From: Patescibacteria group bacterium
GTDB lineage: Bacteria; Patescibacteriota; Minisyncoccia; Phycocordibacterales; CAIZLB01
Length of the DNA stretch: 58,582 bases
Direction: 5' to 3'
Assembly (NCBI GenBank): GCA_040386515.1
Contig: JAZKFG010000002.1
Location: 191,716-250,297 of the forward strand
In this document: piece by piece, positions 8,806 to 17,289 of the stretch
How positions within the stretch are numbered: the stretch's first letter is position 1
Layout of the letters: each line of letters begins with the position of its first letter
Program-made: the position numbers and the translations under genes
The notes under the pieces: model-generated
Told to the model about the DNA's origin: nothing
Database searches by the model: none
The model's input: the letters and a program-made list of their open reading frames with translations, nothing else

Positions 8806-10428
8806 ATGCTTTTACTTATCGTATCTTTTATAGCTGGAGTATTAACTGTTTTAGCGCCATGTATATTGCCACTGCTTCCTGTTATAGTTGGCGGTTCATT
8901 TACAGGCGACATAAACAAAAAGAAAACATTTACTATAGTCGCATCGCTTGGAATATCGGTTATTGCTTTTACCTTACTTCTTAAAGTAAGTACGCTTTTT
9001 ATCACTATCCCTGAATCGACATGGACATTTGTCTCAGGTGGTATTATTTTAATTCTTGGACTGATTACCTTATTTCCATCGCTTTGGGAAAATAAGATAT
9101 TGAATCGTTTAACTCGTCAGTCTAATGCGCTTATGAATGCTGGAGATCAAAAGAATAGCTTCTGGGGAAACGTGCTGGTTGGCGCATCGCTCGGCCCTGT
9201 ATTCTCGACATGTAGTCCGACATACTTTATTATTCTTGCTACTGTGCTGCCTGTACGACCGCTAGTTGGAATTGTATATTTACTTTCATATACTATAGGG
9301 CTTTGCTTGTCTCTGTTTTTCGTAACATATATTGGGCAAAAGATTATTAATAAGCTTGGGGTTGTGGCTGATCCGAAAGGAATATTTAAAAAAGTATTGG
9401 GTGTAATATTTATACTGGTTGGACTTGGAATTTTAACAGGGGTAGATAAAATAGTGCAGACTAAAATAGTTGATGCTGGATTCTTTGATGTGACTAAAAT
9501 TGAACAAGGATTATTGCAAAAAAATATGCAGAAAATAGTTGGCGGTGAAATTAAAAAAGCTCCAGAGCTCGCTGGTATTGAAGGGTATATAAATACAGAG
9601 GGTAAGCCAATAACTCTTGCAGATTATAAAGGCAAAGTAGTGCTTTTAGATATTTGGACATATAGCTGTATAAACTGTAAGCGCACTATTCCATATATTA
9701 AAGAATGGTATGCAAAATATAAAGATCAAGGATTTGTGGTGATTGGAGTACATACGCCTGAATTCGCATTTGAAAAAGTTCCAGCCAATGTGCAGAAAGC
9801 AGTGAAGGAGTTCGGTATTGAATATCCTGTTGTGCTTGATAATGCATACGATACATGGAATGCATTTGGCAATCAGTATTGGCCGAGAAAGTATTTAATA
9901 GATGGTGAGGGTAATATTATCTATGATCATATTGGCGAGGGCGGATATGAGGAATTTGAAATGCAAATTCAAAAAGCTTTAAATGTAACAAAGCCGATTA
10001 CAACTCTGGCTCCTGCTGATACGAGCGGGGCGAATAGTCCTGAGACATATTTTGGATCTTCACGTAATGAATTTTTGGCAAATGGTAAAAGTGGTGTTTC
10101 TGGTATTCAAACATTTACACTGCCTAAAACATTTTCAACTAATAATTTGTATCTTGGAGGCACTTGGAATTTTAGTCCTGAGTATGCTGAGAATACGAGT
10201 ATGGCTGATATTGTATTTCCATATGATTCGAAGAATGTGTACATGACTGCTGGATCGGATGCAGGGGTTGAAGTAGAGATTTACAATGATGATGCGTTGG
10301 TAAAAACGGTTATGATTAAGGATGAGACATTGTATACGCTTATTGAAAATGAAAATGCGGGGAAGCATACATTGCATATAAAAATACCGAAGAAAGGATT
10401 GAAGGCTTTTACGTTTACTTTTGGGTAA
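8806..10428 (+). CDS. DipZ-like thiol:disulfide oxidoreductase (CcdA/DsbD membrane domain + thioredoxin-like domain + C-terminal beta domain)
   Basis: N-terminal CcdA-type TM core (LAPCILPLLP ... FSTCSPTY). Thioredoxin fold with CINC active site (DIWTYSCINCKRTIPYIKEW). The alternative start GTG 8776 is in frame; ATG 8806 lies 9 nt after TATACT (8792-8797). Confidence 0.8.
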   Translation: MLLLIVSFIAGVLTVLAPCILPLLPVIVGGSFTGDINKKKTFTIVASLGISVIAFTLLLKVSTLFITIPESTWTFVSGGIILILGLITLFPSLWENKILNRLTRQSNALMNAGDQKNSFWGNVLVGASLGPVFSTCSPTYFIILATVLPVRPLVGIVYLLSYTIGLCLSLFFVTYIGQKIINKLGVVADPKGIFKKVLGVIFILVGLGILTGVDKIVQTKIVDAGFFDVTKIEQGLLQKNMQKIVGGEIKKAPELAGIEGYINTEGKPITLADYKGKVVLLDIWTYSCINCKRTIPYIKEWYAKYKDQGFVVIGVHTPEFAFEKVPANVQKAVKEFGIEYPVVLDNAYDTWNAFGNQYWPRKYLIDGEGNIIYDHIGEGGYEEFEMQIQKALNVTKPITTLAPADTSGANSPETYFGSSRNEFLANGKSGVSGIQTFTLPKTFSTNNLYLGGTWNFSPEYAENTSMADIVFPYDSKNVYMTAGSDAGVEVEIYNDDALVKTVMIKDETLYTLIENENAGKHTLHIKIPKKGLKAFTFTFG

Positions 10429-10463
10429 AATGTATCGTAATACGTTATACACATGTATTTTGT

Positions 10464-10492
10464 TTGACAGGTGAACTGGAGTTCACTATACT
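10464..10492 (+). promoter_or_regulatory. Promoter TTGACA-17-TATACT whose spacer is filled by the perfect LexA box GTGAAC-TGGA-GTTCAC (10471-10486)
   Basis: TTGACA at 10464-10469 and TATACT at 10487-10492, with exactly 17 nt between them. The 16-nt palindrome occupies 16 of the 17 spacer nt. The -10 ends 7 nt before the ATG at 10499. Confidence 0.75.
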
Positions 10493-10498
10493 TAAATC

Positions 10499-10714
10499 AT
10501 GAGTAAACAAAAACTAATCACAACAATACACGCAGAATTAGAAAAAATTAATGAGCAAATTGACCTTAAAATCATACAAGGTCAAGACTACAAAAAGGAG
10601 TCAAAGAGACACAAGTTTCTTATCTCTCACTTAACTCAGGCAATTCGAGGTGAAGAGTTTCGACCATCATGGACATACAAGATATCTCACATCATGGCCT
10701 CATTCTTGCTATAA
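10499..10714 (+). CDS. Small hypothetical protein, first gene of the lexA transcription unit
   Basis: 71 aa with a charged, probably helical N-terminal part and a hydrophobic C-terminal tail (ISHIMASFLL). Ends 11 nt before the lexA ATG. No family recognised. Confidence 0.45.
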   Translation: MSKQKLITTIHAELEKINEQIDLKIIQGQDYKKESKRHKFLISHLTQAIRGEEFRPSWTYKISHIMASFLL

Positions 10715-10725
10715 TCCATACATAC

Positions 10726-11292
10726 ATGATCGATACCTACAAGAAAAAAATATTATCATTCTACGAAGCCCATAAGCGTATGCCTGGGTATGCGGAGATT
10801 ATGAATCTAACCGGATTCAAGTCTAAGAATGCTGTATACAAACTTATTAATAAACTCGTTGAGCTTGGAGTTATTCGAAAAGATGATAAAGGGAAAATTA
10901 CTCCTGCCTTTATGTCTGAAGAAGTTCCATTCCTTGGGTATGTTGAAGCTGGACTTCCATCTCTTGCAGAGGAAAGTTTATTGGATACTATTGATATTGA
11001 TCAATACTTGCTTCCGCATAAAGAGAATAGTTACATACTTGAAGTGAAAGGTGACTCTATGATTGATGAAGGTATTAAAGAAGGTGATTACGTTATTGTT
11101 GAAAAAAAATCTGATGCCAAAGATGGTGAAATTGTGATCGCTGAAGTTGATGGTGGATTTACTATGAAGTATCTAAAGAAACAAGGGAGTAAAATATTCC
11201 TCCGACCTGCGAATAAAGATTTTAAAGATATTTACCCAACTGAATCTTTTCAAATCGTAGCAGTAGTGAAGGGGGTTATACGAAAGTACTAA
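10726..11292 (+). CDS. lexA: LexA repressor
   Basis: Trimmed to MIDTYKKKILSF. Winged-helix N-domain, Ala-Gly cleavage site (VEAGLPS), GDSM Ser nucleophile and catalytic Lys (FTMKYLKK). Confidence 0.9.
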   Translation: MIDTYKKKILSFYEAHKRMPGYAEIMNLTGFKSKNAVYKLINKLVELGVIRKDDKGKITPAFMSEEVPFLGYVEAGLPSLAEESLLDTIDIDQYLLPHKENSYILEVKGDSMIDEGIKEGDYVIVEKKSDAKDGEIVIAEVDGGFTMKYLKKQGSKIFLRPANKDFKDIYPTESFQIVAVVKGVIRKY

Positions 11293-11310
11293 GTATGATA
11301 GTATGCATCT

Positions 11311-11790
11311 ATGAATATAAAACTAAACACAAACAAAGGAACTATTGATTTAGAATTATTTGAAGAAACAACACCTAAAACTGTTGCTAACTTTATTAAG
11401 CTTGCTAAAGATGGATATTATGACGGAGTTAAATTTCACAGAGTTATTCCTGGATTTATGATTCAAGGAGGAGATCCTCTTACAAAAGATGATAGTCAAA
11501 CTCCACGATGGGGTACAGGAGGACCTGGATATACATTCGAAGATGAGATTGGTGACACAAATGGTAACTACGAAGGAACTATAGCTATGGCTAATGCTGG
11601 TCCTAATACAAACGGCAGTCAATTTTTTATAAATGTAAAAGATAATAATTTCCTTGATACAAAGCACACGGTATTTGGTAGAGTTTCAAATGGAATGGAC
11701 GTGGTACATGCTATTGAAAATACTCCAACAGGAATGCACGATAGACCTGTTGATGCGGTTGTTATTAACAATATTGAAATACTAGGATAA
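11311..11790 (+). CDS. ppiB: Cyclophilin-type peptidyl-prolyl cis-trans isomerase
   Basis: 159 aa. Motifs: FHRVIPGFMIQGGDP ... GTIAMANAGPNTNGSQFFI. TGaTAGTAT at 11296-11304 ends 7 nt before the ATG. Confidence 0.9.
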   Translation: MNIKLNTNKGTIDLELFEETTPKTVANFIKLAKDGYYDGVKFHRVIPGFMIQGGDPLTKDDSQTPRWGTGGPGYTFEDEIGDTNGNYEGTIAMANAGPNTNGSQFFINVKDNNFLDTKHTVFGRVSNGMDVVHAIENTPTGMHDRPVDAVVINNIEILG

Positions 11791-11791
11791 T

Positions 11792-12778
11792 ATGAAGCGA
11801 ATTTACATAACTCGTCAGATTCCGCAGCTGGCAGTTACTATGCTTAAAGTGAAAGGATACGATGTGGTTGTTGGTAAAGATAAGACTCCTGTTTCAACAA
11901 AGAAAATTATTGATATTCTAAAAGCTGAAGAAAAGAAGGGAAAAGGTTTTGATGCACTTATTAGTTTACTTACTGAAAAGATTACAAGCAAAGTAATTGA
12001 TGCTGCAACGGGACTTAAAATCGTTTCTAACTATGCTATGGGCTATGACAATATTGATGTTAAGGCAATAACCGCCAGAGGTGTTGTTGTGACTAATGCG
12101 CCAGGAAAGTACACTGATACTATCGCAGAGCATACAGTTGCGCTTATATTAGGTGCTACAACTCATATTGCTGCAGCTGATAGATTTGTTCGAGCTGGTA
12201 AATACAAAGGCTGGGACCCTATGATTTTCACAGGGACTGACATAAGTGGTAAAACAGTTGGTCTTATCGGAGCAGGACGAATCGGTGAGCGAGTAGCACA
12301 TCATCTTGCTAAAGGCTTTGAATCTAAAATCATATACTTTGACGCACGTCCCAATGAAAGAATAGAAAAAGAGTATGGAGCAATACGAATTGAGTCACTT
12401 GATGAATTGCTTGCACAGTCTGATATTGTTTCTCTTCATGTACCACTGCTTCCAAGTACGCATCATATGGTTAATGCAAAATTTTTGAAGAAAATGAAAA
12501 AGACTGCATTTCTTATTAACACTGCTCGAGGTCCTGTTGTTGATGAAGTTGCACTTGTTACAGCACTTAAAACAAAACAGATTGCTGGTGCTGCAATAGA
12601 TGTGTATGAATTTGAACCAAAGCTTGTTAAAGGCTTGAACAAGCTTGAAAATGTAGTGCTTACTCCGCATATTGCATCAGCAAGCGAATTTGCACGAAAT
12701 GAAATGGCTCGAGTAGCTGCACAAAATGTAATTGATGTTTTTGAAAATAGAACACCAGCAGGAATTGTGTTAGAATAA
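11792..12778 (+). CDS. D-isomer-specific 2-hydroxyacid dehydrogenase (glyoxylate/hydroxypyruvate reductase-like)
   Basis: 328 aa. NAD-binding GLIGAGRIGERVA, and catalytic-region motifs LINTARGPVVDE and VVLTPHIASAS. Confidence 0.85.
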   Translation: MKRIYITRQIPQLAVTMLKVKGYDVVVGKDKTPVSTKKIIDILKAEEKKGKGFDALISLLTEKITSKVIDAATGLKIVSNYAMGYDNIDVKAITARGVVVTNAPGKYTDTIAEHTVALILGATTHIAAADRFVRAGKYKGWDPMIFTGTDISGKTVGLIGAGRIGERVAHHLAKGFESKIIYFDARPNERIEKEYGAIRIESLDELLAQSDIVSLHVPLLPSTHHMVNAKFLKKMKKTAFLINTARGPVVDEVALVTALKTKQIAGAAIDVYEFEPKLVKGLNKLENVVLTPHIASASEFARNEMARVAAQNVIDVFENRTPAGIVLE

Positions 12779-13380
12779 TGAGCATGAAAGTAACTTCAAC
12801 GATTCAAAATGATATTAAGAAAGCATACATGACTCCAAAGATTGGAGTGAGTGCGAGTGCTGATGGAAGTTTTTTAACTCAAGATGTATGTGAGATCGGA
12901 AAGCAACTTGGAAAAGAGATTGTAGAGCAGGGAGGTATTCTTGTGACAGGTGCATCAACAGGTTTTCCATATTGGTCTGCAATGGGAGCAAAGCATGCAG
13001 GAGGTTTGTCAGTTGGATATTCACCTGCAACAGGTCCGAAAGAGCATACAGAAGTATACAGACTGCCGCTTGATTATATGGATTTGATTTCATTCACTGG
13101 ATTCGGATATCCAGGGCGAGATATTATTTTTACTCGAACATGTGATGGCATTATTATCGGTCCTGGACGGATTGGAACGATTCATGAGTTTACTATTGCA
13201 TTTGAAGATGAAAAACCAATGGGAATTCTAGAAGGAGATGGATGGGATACAGATGAAGTTATTAAATACATCATTGAAAAAAGTCATAGAGCAAATAAAT
13301 ATATTGTTTTTGATAAAGATCCTCGTAAGTTAGTTACAAAAGTTATGAATATGGTGCGTGAGAAAAAAGCATTGCTGTAA
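12778..13380 (+). CDS. TIGR00725/LOG-like Rossmann-fold protein
   Basis: 200 aa. IGVSASAD...GGILVTGASTGFPYWSAMGAKHAGGLSVGYSP resembles the lysine-decarboxylase-like/LOG superfamily. The start overlaps the upstream stop (TAATG). Confidence 0.55.
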   Translation: MSMKVTSTIQNDIKKAYMTPKIGVSASADGSFLTQDVCEIGKQLGKEIVEQGGILVTGASTGFPYWSAMGAKHAGGLSVGYSPATGPKEHTEVYRLPLDYMDLISFTGFGYPGRDIIFTRTCDGIIIGPGRIGTIHEFTIAFEDEKPMGILEGDGWDTDEVIKYIIEKSHRANKYIVFDKDPRKLVTKVMNMVREKKALL

Positions 13381-13403
13381 ATTTTTAAAATAAAAGTAAA
13401 AAT

Positions 13404-13426
13404 ACTCTCTCCGGAGAGTTTTTTTG
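13404..13426 (+). terminator. Rho-independent terminator (short)
   Basis: ACTCTC-TCCG-GAGAGT hairpin followed by T7. Confidence 0.6.
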
Positions 13427-13577
13427 TTGAAATGTTCATGAATTTTTATTTTCGGCAGATGCCTCAGAAACTGTCAACTTGACTATGTTTCAAAATTGGA
13501 AACACCTTACATATGCTTACTTTTTGTCGTGCATGTTTACATATTTTTGTATGTGTCTTATTAAGGTAAAAATGGCA

Positions 13578-13593
13578 GTGAACTAGTGTTCAG
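13578..13593. promoter_or_regulatory. LexA-box-like operator GTGAAC-TAGT-GTTCAG upstream of the RNR operon
   Basis: Perfect GAAC-N4-GTTC core. Ends 17 nt before the hexamer TAATAT (13611-13616) of the extended -10 TGaTAATAT (13608-13616), so it lies over the -35 position of the nrd promoter. Confidence 0.6.
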
Positions 13594-13627
13594 TAAAGAC
13601 AATTTAGTGATAATATATTAACTACAT

Positions 13628-14917
13628 ATGACAAAAAATTTACAACACAAAATTAGTTTTGTTTTAAAGCGAGATCGATCAATTGTTAACTTCAATATGG
13701 ATAAGGTGATTACAGCTGTAGAAAAGGCTTTGAAAGAATCTGGTGAGTATGTATATGGTTTGCCGCAAGAACTTGCCGAAAAAGTTGTTGCACATTTGGA
13801 AAATAAAAATAAAGATGGTTCATACGTTCCATCAGTTGAAGGTATTCAGGATGTTGTTGAAATTATGCTTATGCGTTCAGGGCTACATGTTACTGCTAAG
13901 GCATATATTCTATATCGAGAAAAGCATGCTGAGGCTCGAAAACGAGATCTATTTAAGAAGCGGATTGCACTTCGACCATATGAATATCCGGAACTTCTAG
14001 AATATGTTGATGGTATTCGTCATTCATATTGGCTTCACAGTGAATTTAACTTCACATCAGATATTCAGGACTATAAAGCTAACATTACTGAGGTAGAGCG
14101 AAGTGCATTGAAAAATGCCATGCTTGCCATTGCTCAGATTGAGGTATCAGTAAAAACATTTTGGGGAGATGTATATAAAAAAATTCCAAAGCCTGAGATT
14201 GGAGCAGTTGGAGCAACATTTGCAGAATCAGAAGTTCGACATGCTGATGCCTATGCAAACCTTCTTGATATTTTAGGATTGAACGATGAGTTTGATAATA
14301 TCAAATCTGTTCCAGCTATTATGGATAGAGTTAACTATGTAGAGAAAGCTATTTCGTATGCATCGTTCGGTAGTGAGAAAGATTATTCAAAAACTCTATT
14401 GCTGTTTTCGCTTTTCATTGAGCACGTATCGCTCTTCTCACAATTCTTGATTATTATGTCTTTCAATAAGCATAGATCAATGTTCAGAGGAATGTCGAAC
14501 GTTATCGAAGCTACATCGAAGGAAGAACAATTGCACGGAATGTTTGGAATCGATTTGATAAAAATTATTCAAACAGAACACCCAGAATGGTTTGATGCAC
14601 AGTACAATGAAAGTGTTATCAAGTTATGTGAGGATGCATATGCTGCAGAGGAAAAGATTATTGATTGGATTTTTGAGAAAGGAGAATTGGATTTCTTGCC
14701 AAAAGACGTAATTAAGGAATTTATTAAAAATAGATTCAACAACTCACTTGTATCGCTCGGAATGAATAAAATCTTCGAAATTGACCAGCCGACACTAGAA
14801 AAAACAGATTGGTTTGATGATGAGATCATGACAACAAAACACGGAGACTTCTTTGTTAAGCGATCTGTAAACTATAACAAGAGAGGGGCAAGTATTACGG
14901 CAGCTGACTTATTTTAA
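13628..14917 (+). CDS. nrdB: Class I ribonucleotide reductase beta (radical-generating) subunit with N-terminal ATP-cone
   Basis: Residues ~10-100 form a textbook ATP-cone (FVLKRDRSIVNFNMDKVITAVEKA...IQDVVEIMLMRSGLHVTAKAYILYREKH). The rest is ferritin-like R2, with metal-ligand motifs IAQIEV, ESEVRHADAY and EEQLH. Confidence 0.9.
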   Translation: MTKNLQHKISFVLKRDRSIVNFNMDKVITAVEKALKESGEYVYGLPQELAEKVVAHLENKNKDGSYVPSVEGIQDVVEIMLMRSGLHVTAKAYILYREKHAEARKRDLFKKRIALRPYEYPELLEYVDGIRHSYWLHSEFNFTSDIQDYKANITEVERSALKNAMLAIAQIEVSVKTFWGDVYKKIPKPEIGAVGATFAESEVRHADAYANLLDILGLNDEFDNIKSVPAIMDRVNYVEKAISYASFGSEKDYSKTLLLFSLFIEHVSLFSQFLIIMSFNKHRSMFRGMSNVIEATSKEEQLHGMFGIDLIKIIQTEHPEWFDAQYNESVIKLCEDAYAAEEKIIDWIFEKGELDFLPKDVIKEFIKNRFNNSLVSLGMNKIFEIDQPTLEKTDWFDDEIMTTKHGDFFVKRSVNYNKRGASITAADLF

Positions 14918-14951
14918 TTAACTAAACTAACCTTAACTACATACAATAACT

Positions 14952-16622
14952 ATGAAATGGCTCAACGAAAACAGTAGAAAATTCCTTGCAAAGGATTACA
15001 TTAATGACGGATCAACTGCTGAAGAACGAATTCGTTTCTTAGCTGAGCATGCACAAAAAATCCTTGGTATAGATGGATTTGCAGATAAATTTTATGGATA
15101 TATGGAGAAGGGATATTTCTCTCTTTCAACTCCAGTGTGGGTTAATTTTGGGTTTTCGAAAGGGCTTCCAATTAGCTGTTTCGGATCTTATGTAGGAGAC
15201 ACTATGGGAGATATTTTATATACAACGGCAGAAGTAGGAATGATGAGTAAAAAAGGAGGAGGAACATCAGCATATTTTGGTGATCTTCGAGAGCGAGGTG
15301 CTGCTATTACAAACAACGGAACATCATCTGGACCTGTGCACTTTATGCGATTGTTCGATACAGTAACAAACGTAGTAAGTCAGGGATCAACTCGACGAGG
15401 ACATCTGGCTGCATATTTGCCAGTTGAGCATCCAGATATTGATGAGTTTTTAAATGTAGGAACAGAAGGAGATCCTATTCAAGGTCTGACTCATGCTGTA
15501 ACTGTAACTGATGAATGGATGAAATCAATGCAGGAAGGGGATGAGGCAAAGCGAAATGTATGGGCAAAGGTTATCAAGCGACGAACTGAAATCGGATATC
15601 CATATATTTTATTTACAGACAATGTAAACAATAACACTGTTGAGGTATATAAAGATAAGCATAAGATTTATGCAAGTAACCTATGTAGTGAAATCGCACT
15701 TCCATCAGATGATAAATGGTCATTTGTATGTTGTCTATCATCTATGAACGTTCTCTATTATGATGAATGGAAAAATACAGACGCTGTACAGACTCTGACA
15801 TATTTCCTTGATGCAGTTATGACAGATTTTATTACAAAACTTGAAGGATATAGAGATTCAGAAGATGCAGAGCGACGACAAGAATTTTTCTTTATGGAAA
15901 AATCATATCGATTTGCTGTTGAGAACCGAGCAATCGGTGTTGGAGCACTCGGATGGCATTCATTCCTACAAAGTAAAATGATTGCCTTTGAAAGTCAGAA
16001 AGCAGCCATACTGAATGTTGAAGTATTTAAATTTATCAAAGACAAAGCCTATGAAGCATCAGCTGAAATGGCTGTTAAATATGGTGAGCCTGCAATGCTT
16101 AAGGGAATTGGTCGACGACACACAACATTGTGTGCTGTTGCTCCAACTACATCTTCTGCATTTATCTTAGGACAAGTATCACAGAGCATTGAGCCTGTAT
16201 GGTCAAACTGTTACGTGAAAGATATTGAGAAAATGAAAGTAACAATTACAAATCCATTCCTAGAAAAGCTTCTTGAAGAAAAAGGAAAGAATACAAAAGA
16301 AGTATGGCAAGATATTCGAGATAAGGACGGATCAGTACAGCATGTTGATTTCCTAACAGAAGAAGAAAAAGATGTATTTAAGACATTTGCCGAGATTGAC
16401 CAGTATGCGATTATTGATCAGGCAGGTGCACGACAAATGTTCATCGACCAGAGTCAGTCTTTGAACTTGATGATTAATCCAAAAACAACTTCTGCAAAAG
16501 AGATTAACGCATTGTATATTGATGCATGGAAAAATGGTGTGAAGACATTATATTATCAGCATAGTATGAACGCAGCTCAGGTTCTTGGACGAAAGAAAGT
16601 GTGCATCAGTTGTGAATCTTAA
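14952..16622 (+). CDS. nrdA: Class I ribonucleotide reductase alpha (catalytic) subunit, short form without ATP-cone
   Basis: 556 aa with active-site regions (NLCSEIALP, CAVAPTTSS). C-terminal redox Cys pair CISCES. No ATP-cone at the N-terminus. Confidence 0.9.
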   Translation: MKWLNENSRKFLAKDYINDGSTAEERIRFLAEHAQKILGIDGFADKFYGYMEKGYFSLSTPVWVNFGFSKGLPISCFGSYVGDTMGDILYTTAEVGMMSKKGGGTSAYFGDLRERGAAITNNGTSSGPVHFMRLFDTVTNVVSQGSTRRGHLAAYLPVEHPDIDEFLNVGTEGDPIQGLTHAVTVTDEWMKSMQEGDEAKRNVWAKVIKRRTEIGYPYILFTDNVNNNTVEVYKDKHKIYASNLCSEIALPSDDKWSFVCCLSSMNVLYYDEWKNTDAVQTLTYFLDAVMTDFITKLEGYRDSEDAERRQEFFFMEKSYRFAVENRAIGVGALGWHSFLQSKMIAFESQKAAILNVEVFKFIKDKAYEASAEMAVKYGEPAMLKGIGRRHTTLCAVAPTTSSAFILGQVSQSIEPVWSNCYVKDIEKMKVTITNPFLEKLLEEKGKNTKEVWQDIRDKDGSVQHVDFLTEEEKDVFKTFAEIDQYAIIDQAGARQMFIDQSQSLNLMINPKTTSAKEINALYIDAWKNGVKTLYYQHSMNAAQVLGRKKVCISCES

Positions 16623-16626
16623 TTCT

Positions 16627-17157
16627 ATGGCCCACAATTACATTGAAAGAACATTGGTTATTATTAAGCCTGATGGAGTGGCTAGGGGTTTAGTTGGTGA
16701 GGTGATATCTAGATTTGAGAGGGTTGGGTTGAAGTTGGTTGATATGAAGATGGTTATGACAACTCTTGAGCATGCTGAGAATCACTATGTGCTTGATGAT
16801 CAGTGGAAAGTGATAACTGGTAATAAAACCATTCAAAGTTATAGAGACAAAGGGTTAACTCCGCCAAGTGAAGATCCTGTTGAAATAACTAATGCGTTAT
16901 TAAAGCGATTGGCAAAATATATGGTTGAAGGCCCTGTCATTCCAATGGTCTGGGAAGGTCCTCATGCTGTTAAAATTGTACGAAAATTAGTGGGTAGTAC
17001 AGAGCCTTTCTCATCAGATGTAGGGACTATACGAGGGGATTATGTGCTTGATTCGTATCAAATAGCACTTGAGGAAGATCGTTCAGTGTACAACCTTGTA
17101 CACGCTGCAGGGAGTGTTAAGGAGGCTGAACAGGAGATACATCACTGGTTCGCGTAG
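16627..17157 (+). CDS. ndk: Nucleoside diphosphate kinase (long form with internal insertion)
   Basis: Trimmed to MAHNYIERTLVIIKPDGV. Motifs: TIRGDY, VHAAGS (catalytic His). About 30 aa longer than typical Ndk. Confidence 0.85.
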   Translation: MAHNYIERTLVIIKPDGVARGLVGEVISRFERVGLKLVDMKMVMTTLEHAENHYVLDDQWKVITGNKTIQSYRDKGLTPPSEDPVEITNALLKRLAKYMVEGPVIPMVWEGPHAVKIVRKLVGSTEPFSSDVGTIRGDYVLDSYQIALEEDRSVYNLVHAAGSVKEAEQEIHHWFA

Positions 17158-17289
17158 GGGTAATTTAAAGCCCGAGCTTTAATAGCTCAGGCATCCGGGA
17201 CAACCCGTTTGTGTTAAATTTTAACCTAAGTAATTTATTTGTCAAATGGGTGATTTTCTTAAAGTGATGTGCTATATTAGGCACATCAA

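Noticed and set aside
13430-13577. An NrdR box or riboswitch in the long nrd upstream region (the TTACATAT motif occurs twice).
   Set aside because: The repeated octamer is not palindromic and does not resemble the NrdR box consensus. I could draw no conserved riboswitch-like fold. Only the LexA-type palindrome stands out.
16585-16626. The ndk ORF extension overlapping the nrdA 3' end.
   Set aside because: Ndk homology begins at MAHNYIERTLVIIKPDGV (ATG 16627). The upstream codons overlap nrdA in another frame.
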